Source: Spirochaetia bacterium
GTDB taxonomy: Bacteria; Spirochaetota; Spirochaetia; G963692905
DNA: 64,000 nucleotides
NCBI GenBank assembly: GCA_965220165.1
Contig: CBDCPJ010000053.1
Location: forward strand, 7,143 to 71,142
Direction of reading: 5' to 3'
Shown: one piece after another, positions 1-9,725 of the stretch
How the letters are laid out: each line of letters begins with the position of its first letter
How positions within the stretch are numbered: position 1 is the first letter of the stretch
The notes under the pieces: model-generated
The model's input: the letters and a program-made list of their open reading frames with translations, nothing else
The model's database searches: none
What the model was told of the DNA's origin: nothing
Position numbers and translations under genes: made by a program

Positions 1-562
1 TCAGCAGGAGTATATTGGGGTGAAAATTGAGAAAATGGCGACGATATTCGCATGTCTCAACGACAAAAAATCGTTCTCCGCCGCTCCATGTGGAACGATT
101 GCCGAAATTGACCACCGCTCCGCCCGTTAATACGGTGCTGGGCAGTTTCGCGGCCTGCGCCATCGTGCCGATAAGCGCTGTGGTGGTTGTTTTGCCATGC
201 GCGCCTGCGACCGCGATCGTCGGCGTTTGCCGAGAAATTGAGCCCAACGCTTCGGTATAAGAGAGTATGGGGACGCCTTTGCGCCGCGCCGCTACCAGTT
301 GCGGGTGATCGTCGGGAGAATATGCCGAGGAGTGGATGACCAATTCTATCTTGTTCGTTATCCGCTCCGGAGCGAAGTCTTCTATCACGGTAATTCCCAA
401 TTGCGCTAGGATCGCGTCGGTATAGAAACGTTCGTCGGTATCGGATCCTATAAGATGAACGCCGGCGCGAAGCAGTATCTCTGCCAGCGCGGCCATTCCT
501 GTGCCTTTTATTCCCACAAGAAATATATGCCGCTTGAGCAATTGAGGAGGAAGTAATCCCAT
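1..562 (-). CDS. murC: UDP-N-acetylmuramate--L-alanine ligase, N-terminal part (runs off left edge)
   Basis: Own translation of minus strand from ATG at 560-562: MGLLPPQLLKRHIFLVGIKGTGMAALAEIL...AGAHGKTTTTAL, typical Mur ligase N-terminus and P-loop. Not in ORF track because truncated. Confidence 0.7.
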   Translation of the reverse strand, partial: MGLLPPQLLKRHIFLVGIKGTGMAALAEILLRAGVHLIGSDTDERFYTDAILAQLGITVIEDFAPERITNKIELVIHSSAYSPDDHPQLVAARRKGVPILSYTEALGSISRQTPTIAVAGAHGKTTTTALIGTMAQAAKLPSTVLTGGAVVNFGNRSTWSGGERFFVVETCEYRRHFLNFHPNILLL

Positions 563-597
563 CTATTGCATACTATGCTGATTGGACATACTATTCA

Positions 598-1452
598 ATG
601 ATGTTTAGTTTTGCTCGTAGCGCATGGGTCTTTGTTAAGGGACTATTTATCGGTGCCGCAAATATTGTTCCGGGGGTAAGCGGAGGAACCATAGCCGTTA
701 TTTTGGGGATATACGAACAAATATTGGACGCGTTAGGAGGGATCGTTAGGTTTGATACAGAATGGCGAAAGCGAGCGATATTTCTTATACTACTGGGAGT
801 CGGAATCGCCTGCTCCCTCTTTTCGCTCTCTGTTCCAATCGGTTTTTTGTTGGATCGCTATCCTTTTCCTATGGCGGCGCTGTTTGTCGGCTTTATCGCG
901 GGAGGCGTCCCCGCGCTCTACCGGTCGTTGGTGGAAAAAGGCGGGAGAAAAATACATGTGGCGGGCATTGTCGCCGGAATAATTGCGATAGCGGGACTGG
1001 AGCGATTGTTGCCGACCAATGGAGGCAACGCGGATAGCGCGGCTATCATTCTATTTTCGGGATTTATGTCGGGCGGCGCTATGGTGCTTCCGGGTATTAG
1101 CGGGTCGTTGATTCTGTTGATTATGGGAAGCTACCGCGTTATCGTCGCAGCGATAGGAAATTTCGATGTGAGCATATTGGCTATTTTTGGTGTCGGCGCG
1201 TTGGCGGGAATACCGATTACCGCTCTGCTGGCGCGCTATCTTCTTAATCGGTACGGCGCGATGAGTATGGCGGTTATTACGGGGATGGTGGCGGCGAGTC
1301 CGTTACGCGTCATCCCGTCCGACGGCTTGCCGCAAAGTACCTTGACGTTGGCCGCCGCCATAGCGGTCGGAGCGGTCGGAGTTGCCGCAGCTTGGTTCAT
1401 CGGACGAGGCAGGTCGGGGTGGTCGTCGCCTGACAAGCGATTGAGCGAATAG
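598..1452 (+). CDS. DUF368 family membrane protein (putative undecaprenyl-phosphate translocase)
   Basis: Polytopic membrane protein with duplicated G(V/I)SGGT / GISGS motifs characteristic of DUF368. Confidence 0.7.
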   Translation: MMFSFARSAWVFVKGLFIGAANIVPGVSGGTIAVILGIYEQILDALGGIVRFDTEWRKRAIFLILLGVGIACSLFSLSVPIGFLLDRYPFPMAALFVGFIAGGVPALYRSLVEKGGRKIHVAGIVAGIIAIAGLERLLPTNGGNADSAAIILFSGFMSGGAMVLPGISGSLILLIMGSYRVIVAAIGNFDVSILAIFGVGALAGIPITALLARYLLNRYGAMSMAVITGMVAASPLRVIPSDGLPQSTLTLAAAIAVGAVGVAAAWFIGRGRSGWSSPDKRLSE

Positions 1453-1621
1453 CGGCGCTGTTATCGGCGTTTTCGGCCATTGATTCCGGCATGCGCCGGA
1501 GGTACTGTTAAATGCTTCCTACGCTTACAAATACAAATAGAGCCAATAGGCAAATTACCACGATGACGATGGTCCGCATATACGCTCCTTTTTATTAATT
1601 CTATTCATTGTGCTATCTTTT

Positions 1622-2872
1622 TTAATGGAGATATTTGAAGGGATCGACAAAAGCGCCGTTCTCGATGACAGAGAAATGGAGGTGCGGTCCGGTGCTTCGA
1701 CCGGTATTGCCCATTCTTCCCAATATCTGTCCGGCGTTGAGATACTCTCCATTCGAAACGAGTATAGTGCTAAGATGCGCGTAGAGTGTTTCGAATCCCC
1801 CGCCATGGCTTAGGATAACAAAATGGCCGTACAGCGAATCATTCCGCTCCACATAGGAGACTCTGCCGGCGCGAGCGGCTTTGATTGCCGTGCCCGGTCT
1901 ATTCGCGATATCTATCCCGTAATGGTACCCCGGAGTATGTAAGATTGGATCGATTCTACGTCCGAATGGCGAAGTGAGACGACCTTGGGCGGGATACCGA
2001 ATCAATTCGCCGAGAATAATACTAAGCTCGATATCATCCATCTCCGCGTCGGGAATGAATAGCGAATCGCCGACGTTCAATTTGGTTGAGGGAAGATGGT
2101 TGACATCGAGAATATGGTTTATATCGGAGCCATAATAGCTTGCGATGGATGAGACCGATTCGCCGCGGCGGACTGTATGCAACAACCCGTCGCGATCGGG
2201 TATTTGATAGGTCGCCCCCGCTCGCATGCGATGAACGTCTTGAATATCGTTGAAACTTGCGATCGTCCCCATATTAAGCGAGGATTGCAATGCTATTCCC
2301 AATAAGGTGTCTCCGGGTTTTAGCACATGTTCGCGAACACGCAAGTTGGCAAATTTCGATGAATCAACAACAATATTTTCGTCTTGAGCGTCATTGCTGT
2401 ATACTGACGAAACTTGTCTGTACAGAACGCTAGAATCCAGGTCTTTTTCCGGAAGAACAATGCTTGCGACGTGAAAGAGATTGAGTATTTCTGGATCGTT
2501 AATAAAAAATCTATGAACCAAGGGAGCCGCGAGAATTATTGAAAGAAGCATTGCCACTCCGGTCCCGTAGAAGATCGAGAGAAAACGGTCTAATATGGCA
2601 TAGAATATCTTGAGAAGAAGAGCCGACTCTTGTTCGATGCTCGGATTGACAAGAGTGTCGTTATTTTGTTTCAGTTTTGCGGGAAAGATCTTTTGGGGAG
2701 CAATTGCGGTGTCAAGAGCGATGTTTTGTTCCGGTGTTTTACGGGCGACTGCTCTCCGCCGGTGCGATAATATTTCAGATAGACGGGGCGCCGGAAGATC
2801 GACTGGCGGCTGGTATTTTCGCGCGCGGCGACGCGATACATGCTGATTGGTCATAATAGAGTCTAGGTTCAT
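1622..2872 (-). CDS. M23 family metalloendopeptidase with LysM repeats
   Basis: LysM-like GDTLLGIA and GESVSSIASYYG repeats. C-terminal M23 signature GYHYGIDIA...HLHFSV. Confidence 0.8.
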   Translation of the reverse strand: MNLDSIMTNQHVSRRRARKYQPPVDLPAPRLSEILSHRRRAVARKTPEQNIALDTAIAPQKIFPAKLKQNNDTLVNPSIEQESALLLKIFYAILDRFLSIFYGTGVAMLLSIILAAPLVHRFFINDPEILNLFHVASIVLPEKDLDSSVLYRQVSSVYSNDAQDENIVVDSSKFANLRVREHVLKPGDTLLGIALQSSLNMGTIASFNDIQDVHRMRAGATYQIPDRDGLLHTVRRGESVSSIASYYGSDINHILDVNHLPSTKLNVGDSLFIPDAEMDDIELSIILGELIRYPAQGRLTSPFGRRIDPILHTPGYHYGIDIANRPGTAIKAARAGRVSYVERNDSLYGHFVILSHGGGFETLYAHLSTILVSNGEYLNAGQILGRMGNTGRSTGPHLHFSVIENGAFVDPFKYLH

Positions 2873-3042
2873 AGCGAAATTATCGGCGAAAGCAAGCCGA
2901 TTGTTACTTATATGAGAATATGTTTCGCAATAGATATGGAATTCGCGTCGCTCGCGTTGAATTAATTGGAATAGAAAAATATATACTATTTGAATAATAT
3001 GTTATTATATTTGGTTATAACAGTAGCCAATAAGGAGCGATA

Positions 3043-4296
3043 TTGAACATGAAAAAATTTCTGTTAGCTATTATTTTAATGGGCGTCGCATTGATATGCG
3101 CGCATGCCCAACCAATTTCGGTGCGTTTAGTTATACCCCGGTTGGATCTTTTTATGGGCGCCCGATTCTCAGATAACGGAGAAGAGACATTTGCTTTAGA
3201 TACTCGAAGCCGTCTCGATTTAAATGTGGATACATCGGGCAAGGTGGGCGTTGGGTTGCGTATAGGATTTGACGGCACTATTGATACGAGCACTTCTCAA
3301 CTGCGATCAAATGCGGGCACCACGATTCCATTGTCCCTTGATTTGCTGAGAGTTTCTTTGGGAGATGTTAATACCGATCCCGTATACCTTACTTTGTTTA
3401 CCGGGCGATATGATTTCATAGGATTGGGGCGAGATTTTGGCTCGAGGTTTAATTCCGATTTTGTCTATTTGTCCTATTCGGGCGAGAGATACGCCAAAAA
3501 TCTTGGCAACGGGCTCACGGAAGAATATGAAGGGCTATTCGAGGTTGTCGGTTCTGGTCTCAAATTTGGAACTAACTGGGGAACCAATGATATAGCCACG
3601 GAATTATATCTCTATCAAGACAACCGATTCAATGTTGATGGGGCCACACAAGAAAATGCCGCAATTGCCGGAGCAGGAACCCGAGCCGGTTACTCCATCG
3701 ATGTCCGCGGCTTGTACAATAGCCAAGTTGTGCAGGTAGACACCTATGCTGGCGTAAGCTTTCTTACTCCCGTCTCAGATGACGACGGCGTGGGCGATGA
3801 TGCGTCTTTGGCGGTAACCGGTCGCGGAGGGGTTATGTTGAATCTCAACGTGGCCCCAGAGTTCCAATTGTACAGTCAGCTTGGAATTCCATGGATCGAT
3901 TTTACTAATTTAAGTAGTTTTGTCGACAATTTCGGCTTAGAGCAGTTTCAAGTGTTGATTGAACCGCGTTTTACCATCGCCGAGGTGGTAGGAATACATT
4001 TTACCGCGCTAGTTCGCCCCGTTCGCTATAATCAGCAAGTCCGCCGGGCTGCGGGACTCGATCTTAATCTAAAAATGCTTTTTGGTGTGTTAGCGGCAGA
4101 ATCAGTGCAAGGAGGATTTGATGTTCGAGTGGAATTTGAAGAGGGGCTTTTATACGATTCGTTAAACATCTCTCCATTTGTACGCCTCATATTCTCTGGG
4201 ATATTATTCGAGATTGCCGGCGATATGAGCGTTTTTCCGTTTGAGCCTCTGGAAAGTCTGAGAATTTTTCTTACCGCCCGCACCTCGATCAATTAG
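3043..4296 (+). CDS. hypothetical secreted/outer-membrane protein
   Basis: Cleavable signal peptide MKKFLLAIILMGVALICAHAQ. Alternating-residue beta-rich composition. No recognised motif. Confidence 0.45.
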   Translation: MNMKKFLLAIILMGVALICAHAQPISVRLVIPRLDLFMGARFSDNGEETFALDTRSRLDLNVDTSGKVGVGLRIGFDGTIDTSTSQLRSNAGTTIPLSLDLLRVSLGDVNTDPVYLTLFTGRYDFIGLGRDFGSRFNSDFVYLSYSGERYAKNLGNGLTEEYEGLFEVVGSGLKFGTNWGTNDIATELYLYQDNRFNVDGATQENAAIAGAGTRAGYSIDVRGLYNSQVVQVDTYAGVSFLTPVSDDDGVGDDASLAVTGRGGVMLNLNVAPEFQLYSQLGIPWIDFTNLSSFVDNFGLEQFQVLIEPRFTIAEVVGIHFTALVRPVRYNQQVRRAAGLDLNLKMLFGVLAAESVQGGFDVRVEFEEGLLYDSLNISPFVRLIFSGILFEIAGDMSVFPFEPLESLRIFLTARTSIN

Positions 4297-4310
4297 CGGG
4301 GATTGCATCA

Positions 4311-5783
4311 ATGACGACTCTTACCAACTCCACGGATGCTATTCTAGCGATATTTTCTGAAATTGCCTCGGTTCCTCGCCAGTCAAGGCATGAGCAGCAA
4401 ATCTTGCAATGGCTTATCAATTGGGCGAGGCAGCATTCTTTGGACTGGCGGCAAGATGCCATTGGCAATATAGTTATACAGATTCCCGCGACCAGTGGAT
4501 GGGAGCAAAAATCACCCGTAGCGCTGCAATCCCATGTCGATATGGTATGCGAGCGCGCCGCGGGCATTTCGCATGATTTTGGACGCGACGGCATCCGCGC
4601 GGTCAGGGACGGGGATTGGCTCGTTGCGCGGGGCACGACATTAGGGGCGGACAATGGCATAGGAATGGCGTTCGCGCTCTATGCGGCGACCGATCCCGAG
4701 CTTGCGCATCCGCCAATGGAATTGCTCTTCACCGTCGACGAAGAGACCGGACTCAACGGGGCGACTAACCTCGACCCCAGCCTTTTGACCAGCCGCGCCC
4801 TTATTAACTTGGATTCCGAAGACGAAGGAATATTCACCATTGGGTGCGCGGGGGGGCACAATGTTGAAATCGAGCTCCCGATGCGACAGATGGACATACC
4901 GGAAGGGTGGATGTCTCTTGCTATTGCGGCGCGTGGTTTTCGCGGAGGGCATTCAGGTATTGAGATACAGGAAATGCGCGGCAATGCGATTTACGCGCTT
5001 GTTCGATTGTTATTGTCGCTTTTGCGGAAAACCGAGGAAGCGGGCGATCCGCCGCCACGATTGATCGATCTGGCAAGCGGCTCCGCGCACAATGTCATTC
5101 CTCGCGAAGCCATCGCCCACATCGCTATCCTCAAAACGCTCCATGATACCGTCAAGGGAGCCGCCGCGAAGCTGGGCGACGATCTTCGCAGAGAATACAG
5201 CCATACCGACGCGGCCATAGAGATTGCCGTGGATGTCGATCGACGAGAAACGGCGTCGCGGCGCTGTTATACCGATGAGACCGGCGCGCGGGCGCTGCGT
5301 CTATTGTATTCTATGCCCGATGGCGTCTATCGCTGGTTCCCGCATAATCTATTCCAAGTCGAAACATCCAGCAATATGGCGATCGTCAACTGCCGCCCCG
5401 AATTGATATCGGCGCTTATAAGTTTGCGAAGCGCTTCTGGTTCCGCGCTGGACTCCTACCAGCAAAAAATTTCGGCGTTGGCGCAATTGGCGGGGGCGCG
5501 GTGTCGCGTCTCGATGCAATATGCCGCATGGCAACCAGATTATCATTCGGACATCACACGACGCGCCAAAGAGTGTTATCGGCGGCTATTTGACAGAGAC
5601 CCGACCATCGAGATAACGCATGCCGGGTTAGAGGCGGGGGCGATAGGCTCGAAATATCCCGATATGCAGGCAATTTCGATAGGTCCAACCATACAAAACG
5701 CGCACTCGCCCGACGAACGCCTGCTTATTCCCACAATCGAACCGGTCTATCGTCTGCTTGCCTCCATCATAGGATCGTTTTAG
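4311..5783 (+). CDS. pepD: Xaa-His dipeptidase (aminoacyl-histidine dipeptidase, M20 family)
   Basis: HVDMV, GTTLGADNGIGMA, DEETG motifs typical of PepD/M20C. Confidence 0.8.
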   Translation: MTTLTNSTDAILAIFSEIASVPRQSRHEQQILQWLINWARQHSLDWRQDAIGNIVIQIPATSGWEQKSPVALQSHVDMVCERAAGISHDFGRDGIRAVRDGDWLVARGTTLGADNGIGMAFALYAATDPELAHPPMELLFTVDEETGLNGATNLDPSLLTSRALINLDSEDEGIFTIGCAGGHNVEIELPMRQMDIPEGWMSLAIAARGFRGGHSGIEIQEMRGNAIYALVRLLLSLLRKTEEAGDPPPRLIDLASGSAHNVIPREAIAHIAILKTLHDTVKGAAAKLGDDLRREYSHTDAAIEIAVDVDRRETASRRCYTDETGARALRLLYSMPDGVYRWFPHNLFQVETSSNMAIVNCRPELISALISLRSASGSALDSYQQKISALAQLAGARCRVSMQYAAWQPDYHSDITRRAKECYRRLFDRDPTIEITHAGLEAGAIGSKYPDMQAISIGPTIQNAHSPDERLLIPTIEPVYRLLASIIGSF

Positions 5784-5806
5784 CCGCTTTTTCTTGCTGT
5801 TCCAGC

Positions 5807-6289
5807 TCAAGTTTGCTCGCGGCGCTCATATCGCGCGAAGTCGAAACCATCGTGTTTTTCGCGGGACGCCTCTCTCCAGAGCGATCTGTCGAACAAGGGA
5901 AAGAAAACGTCGCCCTCCAGTTCGCGCGCGATCTCTGTAAGATAGAGCGTATCGGCCATTCCTATGGTCGCTGCGTACAATGAGGCGCCGCCGATGACGA
6001 ATATGTCGCCCGAATAGCTACCCCGAGCCAACGCGAGCGCCTGCTCTACGGATCGGGCAAAGAGGCATTCGCTATGTCGCGGCGTTGGTCGGCGGCTTAC
6101 GACGATATTGACGCGCCTTGGCAACGGCCGCCCGATCGAATCAAATGTTTTGCGCCCCATTATCACGACATGCCCGTCGGTGACGCGTCTAAAATTGCGC
6201 ATATCGGTTGACGATCGCCATGGGAGCCTATTCCGCGAGCCTATTACCTTATTCCTCGCCACCGCGGCGATAAGAGCAAGCGCTGCCAT
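5807..6289 (-). CDS. folA: dihydrofolate reductase
   Basis: LIAAVARNKVIG..LPW..DM..F...T....VIMGRKTF.SIGRPLP.R.N.V.SR pattern, 160 aa. Confidence 0.8.
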   Translation of the reverse strand: MAALALIAAVARNKVIGSRNRLPWRSSTDMRNFRRVTDGHVVIMGRKTFDSIGRPLPRRVNIVVSRRPTPRHSECLFARSVEQALALARGSYSGDIFVIGGASLYAATIGMADTLYLTEIARELEGDVFFPLFDRSLWREASREKHDGFDFARYERREQT

Positions 6290-6397
6290 ATATTCCTCTA
6301 CCAGAGTATGGGGAAGGGGGGAAGCGCGCCGAAAGCGAGTAACGCCTCTTGATCGCGGAGCGAATTTCTCCTTCGAAGACGCCTATGGAGGCGTTGT

Positions 6398-6570
6398 CTC
6401 CCCCCTCGCTCCATAGCGCCTCCGAGCCGATCAAAGATCGGCTCGGACCGCGTCCGCCGAATCGGGCTCCACTCGCGCTCCGCCCTGTTGGCCGCTGGCG
6501 CTATTCCGCTACCCCCCTCTGCGGGCGTCGCCTCTCCAATTGCGAGAGACCGGCGCCGCTCAATCGCGCC
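6398..6570. repeat. partial copy (GC-rich module only) of the dispersed ~300-bp repeat family
   Basis: ctcgctccatagcgcc...gctattccgctacccccc aligns with full copies at 36129, 37911, 44824. Central hairpin ccgagccgatc-aaa-gatcggctcgg. Confidence 0.6.
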
Positions 6571-6659
6571 GCCTGCCCAGCAACCATGCCCGCAACGCCC
6601 AAACAAACCTACAATATTCTATCGCGGCGCTCATAGCTCATAGCGGCAAACGGCGCCGT

Positions 6660-7853
6660 CTAAACGCGCTGATATATCGGCAGTTCTCCCGCCAACGGAC
6701 GTATGTAATCAACGCATGCCTGCGTTACCGATATGCCGTCGCTCCCGATAAAATGGTCGGGGAGCGGTTTGGTATTATTTGCGACTTCGCGGAGCGGCAC
6801 CGTTCGGTACTCGACGCGATAGGGGCGCTGGTCGACTCGCTCTATCGACACCATCACACCGCTTACGTTTTCAAGCGCCAATTTCGCGGCTTGTTCTCCG
6901 CACGCGAACGCCTCTTCGCGATCTATTTGGCTGACTCGGTCGTCGGCGCACATCATCAGCGATTCTGGTACTTGGAATTCACCGCGAAAGCCGGTTTGCC
7001 GATGGATGTGGCTATGGAGAGCGATAGCGGCGCTTGCCCCGCTCATCGCGCCGAACTCCATATTGCCGAATCGATCGCGATCGCCGCTGGAAGATACCGG
7101 CGCGCCGTTGTCCCATAGAGCCCCTTCGCCGACCACAGCCGAGCACCAGCCGTATCGCTCGATTGCCTGTTGTACATCGTCGCAAAACGTTTTCCTCGAT
7201 ATCGGGCGTTCCGGCAACCATACAATATGTGGGGGATCACGAGGCTCTTTTTTCGACAGCGCCGCCGCCGCAGCCAGCCATCCGGTGTCGCGCCCCACCG
7301 TCTGATATATGCTGTATTTGTCCACTCGTCGCATATCTTCCGCGAGCCGCCCAGCCTGTTGGATAGAAAGCGCGACATAACGAGCCGCCGACCCGTATCC
7401 CGGCGTATGATCGGTGCCGTAGAGATCGTTGTCTACCGTTTTTGGCACGCCGATGCCGCATAGCGCATGTCCGGCGTCGCGACAGTATGCCTCCACGCGA
7501 TGGATGGTATCCATAGTGTCGTTTCCCCCGATAAGCACCATGGCCGATATGTTCAGGTCGTTCAGAATGCTGGCTATCTTCGGGATGTCGTTGTCTTGTA
7601 GCTTATAGCGGCATGACCCAAGCGCGGACGAGGGAGTGTTCGCGAGGCAACGGAGCGAATCTTCGGAGAGATTGGTAAGATCGGCAAGCTCGCCTTTCAT
7701 GAATCCTTCAATGCCGCCGCGCATCCCATAAATTGTGTTATATTTTCCGCTTTTTTGCGCGGCGCTAATAGCTCCGGCCAAGCTGGAGTTAATAACGGCG
7801 GTTACTCCCCCAGATTGTCCGATGAGCATATTATTTTGCGAAGATGATTTCAT
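6660..7853 (-). CDS. pfk: 6-phosphofructokinase, pyrophosphate-dependent type
   Basis: N-terminal GGVTAVINSS and GGIEGF, MGR, PKTVDND motifs of PFK-A family. Long form typical of PPi-PFK. Confidence 0.8.
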   Translation of the reverse strand: MKSSSQNNMLIGQSGGVTAVINSSLAGAISAAQKSGKYNTIYGMRGGIEGFMKGELADLTNLSEDSLRCLANTPSSALGSCRYKLQDNDIPKIASILNDLNISAMVLIGGNDTMDTIHRVEAYCRDAGHALCGIGVPKTVDNDLYGTDHTPGYGSAARYVALSIQQAGRLAEDMRRVDKYSIYQTVGRDTGWLAAAAALSKKEPRDPPHIVWLPERPISRKTFCDDVQQAIERYGWCSAVVGEGALWDNGAPVSSSGDRDRFGNMEFGAMSGASAAIALHSHIHRQTGFRGEFQVPESLMMCADDRVSQIDREEAFACGEQAAKLALENVSGVMVSIERVDQRPYRVEYRTVPLREVANNTKPLPDHFIGSDGISVTQACVDYIRPLAGELPIYQRV

Positions 7854-7904
7854 TGTTCAATGGCCGCCATCGAGAATATTTGCGTCATTGAATTAGGCTC
7901 ATTG

Positions 7905-8807
7905 CTATTCTTTAATCGCTCCGGCGGCAAATCCCTTTGCCAACTGCTTCTGGGTAAAAATATAGAATAGAATCATAGGAAGCGTGCCTATTACCAGCGC
8001 GGCAAATAACAGTCCAAAATTGCGAGTGAGCCCGCCGGCAAAAAAACTAATGCCTACTGGCAGGCTCCGCAACTCAATATCGCTTGTCAACACAAAAACA
8101 AATACAAATTCGTTCCAATTGCCCAAAAAGGCGAAAATAAGCATTGTCGCGACGACCGGGGTAGCCAATGGAATAATAATTCGGAAAAAAATATTTATAT
8201 AGGATGCCCCGTCTATTACGGCAGCTTCTTCCATCGCGTCGGGAATATCGCGAATGTAAGAAGTGGCGAGGTAGATCATAAATGGAAGTCCAAATCCAAT
8301 ATAGGGGATCAATACACCTAGACGAGTGTTATCGATATTAGCCCAGTTCTCTAATACAAATAGCGGCACCAATACGGCATGCGCTGTAATCAAAAGGCCG
8401 AGCACAAAAAAGCTGTAGATGAATTTGCTAATGCGAAAGCCGAATTTGGAAAAACCATATCCAGCGGCCAATGCTAGATATACCGTTATCAAAGTTGCGG
8501 TGAACGAATAGAATATGCTATTCAAAATGAGTGTCCCAAATTGCGCCAATTCCCAAGAGCGAATATAGTTATCAAAGTATAGACTGGTAGGCAATGAAAC
8601 CATGTTATGAATTATGTCGGCATGCGGTTTAAAAGAAGAATAGATGAGCCACACCAAGGGGGCGATTGTCAAGAACGTAAAGCATATCATAATGAAATAT
8701 GCCAAAGTTCTCCAGGCAATGATTTCTTTGCCAAATATTGCGGAATTAGATGGCATATTTTTTCTCAAAGATGCGGAATATGCGTCGTAAGAACACAATG
8801 AGTCCAA
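7905..8807 (-). CDS. carbohydrate ABC transporter permease (MalG/UgpE-like)
   Basis: 6-TM permease with EAA-like loop (AAVIDGAS). Adjacent to a second permease and an SBP. Confidence 0.75.
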   Translation of the reverse strand: MDSLCSYDAYSASLRKNMPSNSAIFGKEIIAWRTLAYFIMICFTFLTIAPLVWLIYSSFKPHADIIHNMVSLPTSLYFDNYIRSWELAQFGTLILNSIFYSFTATLITVYLALAAGYGFSKFGFRISKFIYSFFVLGLLITAHAVLVPLFVLENWANIDNTRLGVLIPYIGFGLPFMIYLATSYIRDIPDAMEEAAVIDGASYINIFFRIIIPLATPVVATMLIFAFLGNWNEFVFVFVLTSDIELRSLPVGISFFAGGLTRNFGLLFAALVIGTLPMILFYIFTQKQLAKGFAAGAIKE

Positions 8808-9642
8808 TACTCAGCAACACAATCATTACTGAAACGGCGCTGCCAAATCCATACTTATAGTATTTAAATGTATTAATATACATATAGATAGCGATGACTT
8901 CAGTGTAGTGCGCAGGTCCGCCGCCGGTCATGGTGAATATGAGGTCGAAGCTTTTTAAGCTTCCGGCGATTGCAAATACCGCCGTGGTAAAGAGAATATT
9001 CAGCATAGAGGGCATTATCACTCGATAGAGAATTTGATGTTCCCTCGCCCCGTCGATAATAGCGGCCTCGATAATCGACGGAGAAATTTTCTGAAGGTTG
9101 GCGATAAATATTACCATGTAGATGCCGGTATAGTACCACATAATGACAAATAATACGGGGAATATGGCAAACGTCCTATTTTCGAATATGCTGACAACAA
9201 ATCTTGGGTCATCGATCAATGTTCGAATAAGCTGAGTATATAACCCTCCCGGAGAAAAGATAAAATTCCAAAGGCTGGCTACGACTACGGCGGAAATAGT
9301 AATAGGAAGGAATATCATCGCTTCGAACATTTTTCCGCCCCATACCATGCGTCGATAGATGATATAGGCTAATATAAATCCTAAAGGGATCTGGCCAAAT
9401 ATCGATACAGCGACAATAAGAAGATTATTTCGAAGCCCATGCAAAAATACCGGGTCGCCTAGCATGGCGGTGTAGTGCTTCAGTCCAACCCATTGCGGAG
9501 TTCCTATTCCCGCCCATTCGGTAAAGCTGATCACAAAGCTCGATAATATCGGGAAAATGATCACAGATGAGTAGATAATTACAGCGGGCAACACAAAAAT
9601 TAGGTAGCTCGCAATTTTTCCTTTTCGTATGCGAAGACTCAT
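8746..9642 (-). CDS. carbohydrate ABC transporter permease (MalF/UgpA-like)
   Basis: TM permease with EAAIIDGA motif. Operon with SBP at 9726-11039. Confidence 0.75.
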   Translation of the reverse strand: MSLRIRKGKIASYLIFVLPAVIIYSSVIIFPILSSFVISFTEWAGIGTPQWVGLKHYTAMLGDPVFLHGLRNNLLIVAVSIFGQIPLGFILAYIIYRRMVWGGKMFEAMIFLPITISAVVVASLWNFIFSPGGLYTQLIRTLIDDPRFVVSIFENRTFAIFPVLFVIMWYYTGIYMVIFIANLQKISPSIIEAAIIDGAREHQILYRVIMPSMLNILFTTAVFAIAGSLKSFDLIFTMTGGGPAHYTEVIAIYMYINTFKYYKYGFGSAVSVMIVLLSIGLIVFLRRIFRIFEKKYAI

Positions 9643-9725
9643 AGCACTTAATTTATAATATTAGCCTGTCCATTTTCAGGACAGGCCAACAATTCTGTAT
9701 CAATAAATTATTCGAGTATTAAGGC

